DNA of 64,000 nt, taken from assembly GCA_049724395.1 (NCBI GenBank), contig JAUGWO010000119.1:1-64000 (forward strand), given 5' to 3'. The notes under the pieces are model-generated. The model was not told the DNA's origin and made no database searches. It worked only from the letters and a program-made list of their open reading frames with translations. Source of the stretch: Spongospora subterranea f. sp. subterranea. Its lineage: Eukaryota. The translations under genes were made by a program, and so were the position numbers. Shown in pieces: positions 63,060 through 64,000 of this stretch; position 1 is the first letter of the stretch, and every line of letters begins with the position of its first letter.

Positions 63060-64000
63060 ATGTTGTGTCGACCTGTCTGTCAGCGTGGGAGAGAGCGATG
63101 AGATACTTCAATAGCCAACTGGACAATTATCTCAAAAGGTGGGCACGCAATCCGTTTTCTCCTAGAAGAGGTTGATATTTTGTTGAGTGGTTTTGGGACT
63201 GTATGATAAAATGACGGGGCGTCACCGCTCAAACACAGATATTATTAACTAGATTTGGGTGTCGTCATCGACAGGAATATCCGAGTGCACTTGGTTGGAA
63301 TCTGTGGAGGCCAATGATCGCCGCTTCACTGAAATATCGTCCTCGAATTTCGACGGCCAACGGACCTAGAAATTGTTCATTCTTCTTTCGATCGTGGTTT
63401 CAACGGAAATGTCCATTGTCGTCCGATGTTCTCTATTGTTCATGCTGGTCTTGGGGGCACGGGCATATCCTGAACCCCATCGCGTGTTTATAACATCGCC
63501 CGACAATGTATTGTGCTCACCCTGAACCGGTTTTTGATCCCAAATGCGCTTTCACTTATCACCAATGGTTTCAGTGTCGAGGGACAGCGGCACTAGCTCC
63601 TGATCATCGCTGTGGTCCCGATTTCGAGTTCAAACGATGCCCGATTGGCGAATGCTGCGGCAAAGACGGAAAGTAAACTAGAAATTATATCCCTTTTCCT
63701 GAATTCCATATCAACATCAAACTTCAGGTGCAGCGCCAATGTCAAAGTTTGCACCAACGAACCCATCTGTCCCGTTCAGAAATCAGTCGCCTCGTCTGTT
63801 GACAATGTTCGTGGTTTTGCGTATCTGGATTTGACCGATCAATCGTTGTTAAGTAATTTGGGGATAGTGCAAGGGGAAACCGTCGCGAGACCGAAAGTGT
63901 GGTCCAGATTACGGGTTCACCAGATGTGACGCTGGAGAATGCTGTACCCAGGATGGAAGGTGAGTAGGATTGAGGGTTTTGGGGGAATGGCGATTTCATC
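63060..64000 (+). pseudogene. Cys-rich repeat gene, paralogue D, partial (runs off the window end)
   Basis: ANAAAKTESK...FRCSANVKVCTNEPICPVQK and ENAVPRME match the repeats of paralogue C. Confidence 0.65.

Noticed and set aside
1..64000. tRNA, rRNA, snoRNA genes or telomeric repeats
   Set aside because: None recognised by eye; tRNAscan-SE and Infernal would be needed to exclude small RNAs.

Overview
Eukaryotic genomic DNA with many short (~50-75 nt) GT-AG introns. The chitin synthase, hevein/CBM18 genes and compact introns suggest a protist such as a phytomyxid (Plasmodiophora/Spongospora-like); this is inference only. About 1-35 kb is a transposon graveyard: a full-length but scrambled Ty1/copia element, plus LINE, copia, Tc1/mariner-like, hAT and gypsy relics. 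It also holds an ATG18/WIPI gene family (two full copies, two rearranged fragments) and an intronless GNAT gene. About 35-54 kb is a housekeeping block: NOP58, a DH-PH RhoGEF, MEMO1, a CBS-domain protein, a KOW protein, chitin synthase and SEY1/RHD3, interrupted by a nested Penelope/chromovirus relic. About 54-64 kb is an array of four decaying paralogues combining hevein (CBM18) domains with an unrecognised Cys-rich repeat, plus a higher-order minisatellite. The most unusual signal is recurrent fold-back (inverted-duplication) rearrangement of repeats. The clearest case is a 565-bp-arm hairpin of an intron-containing C2H2 zinc-finger gene fragment captured inside the copia RT. Isolated +1 homopolymer frameshifts in conserved genes point to assembly indel errors.
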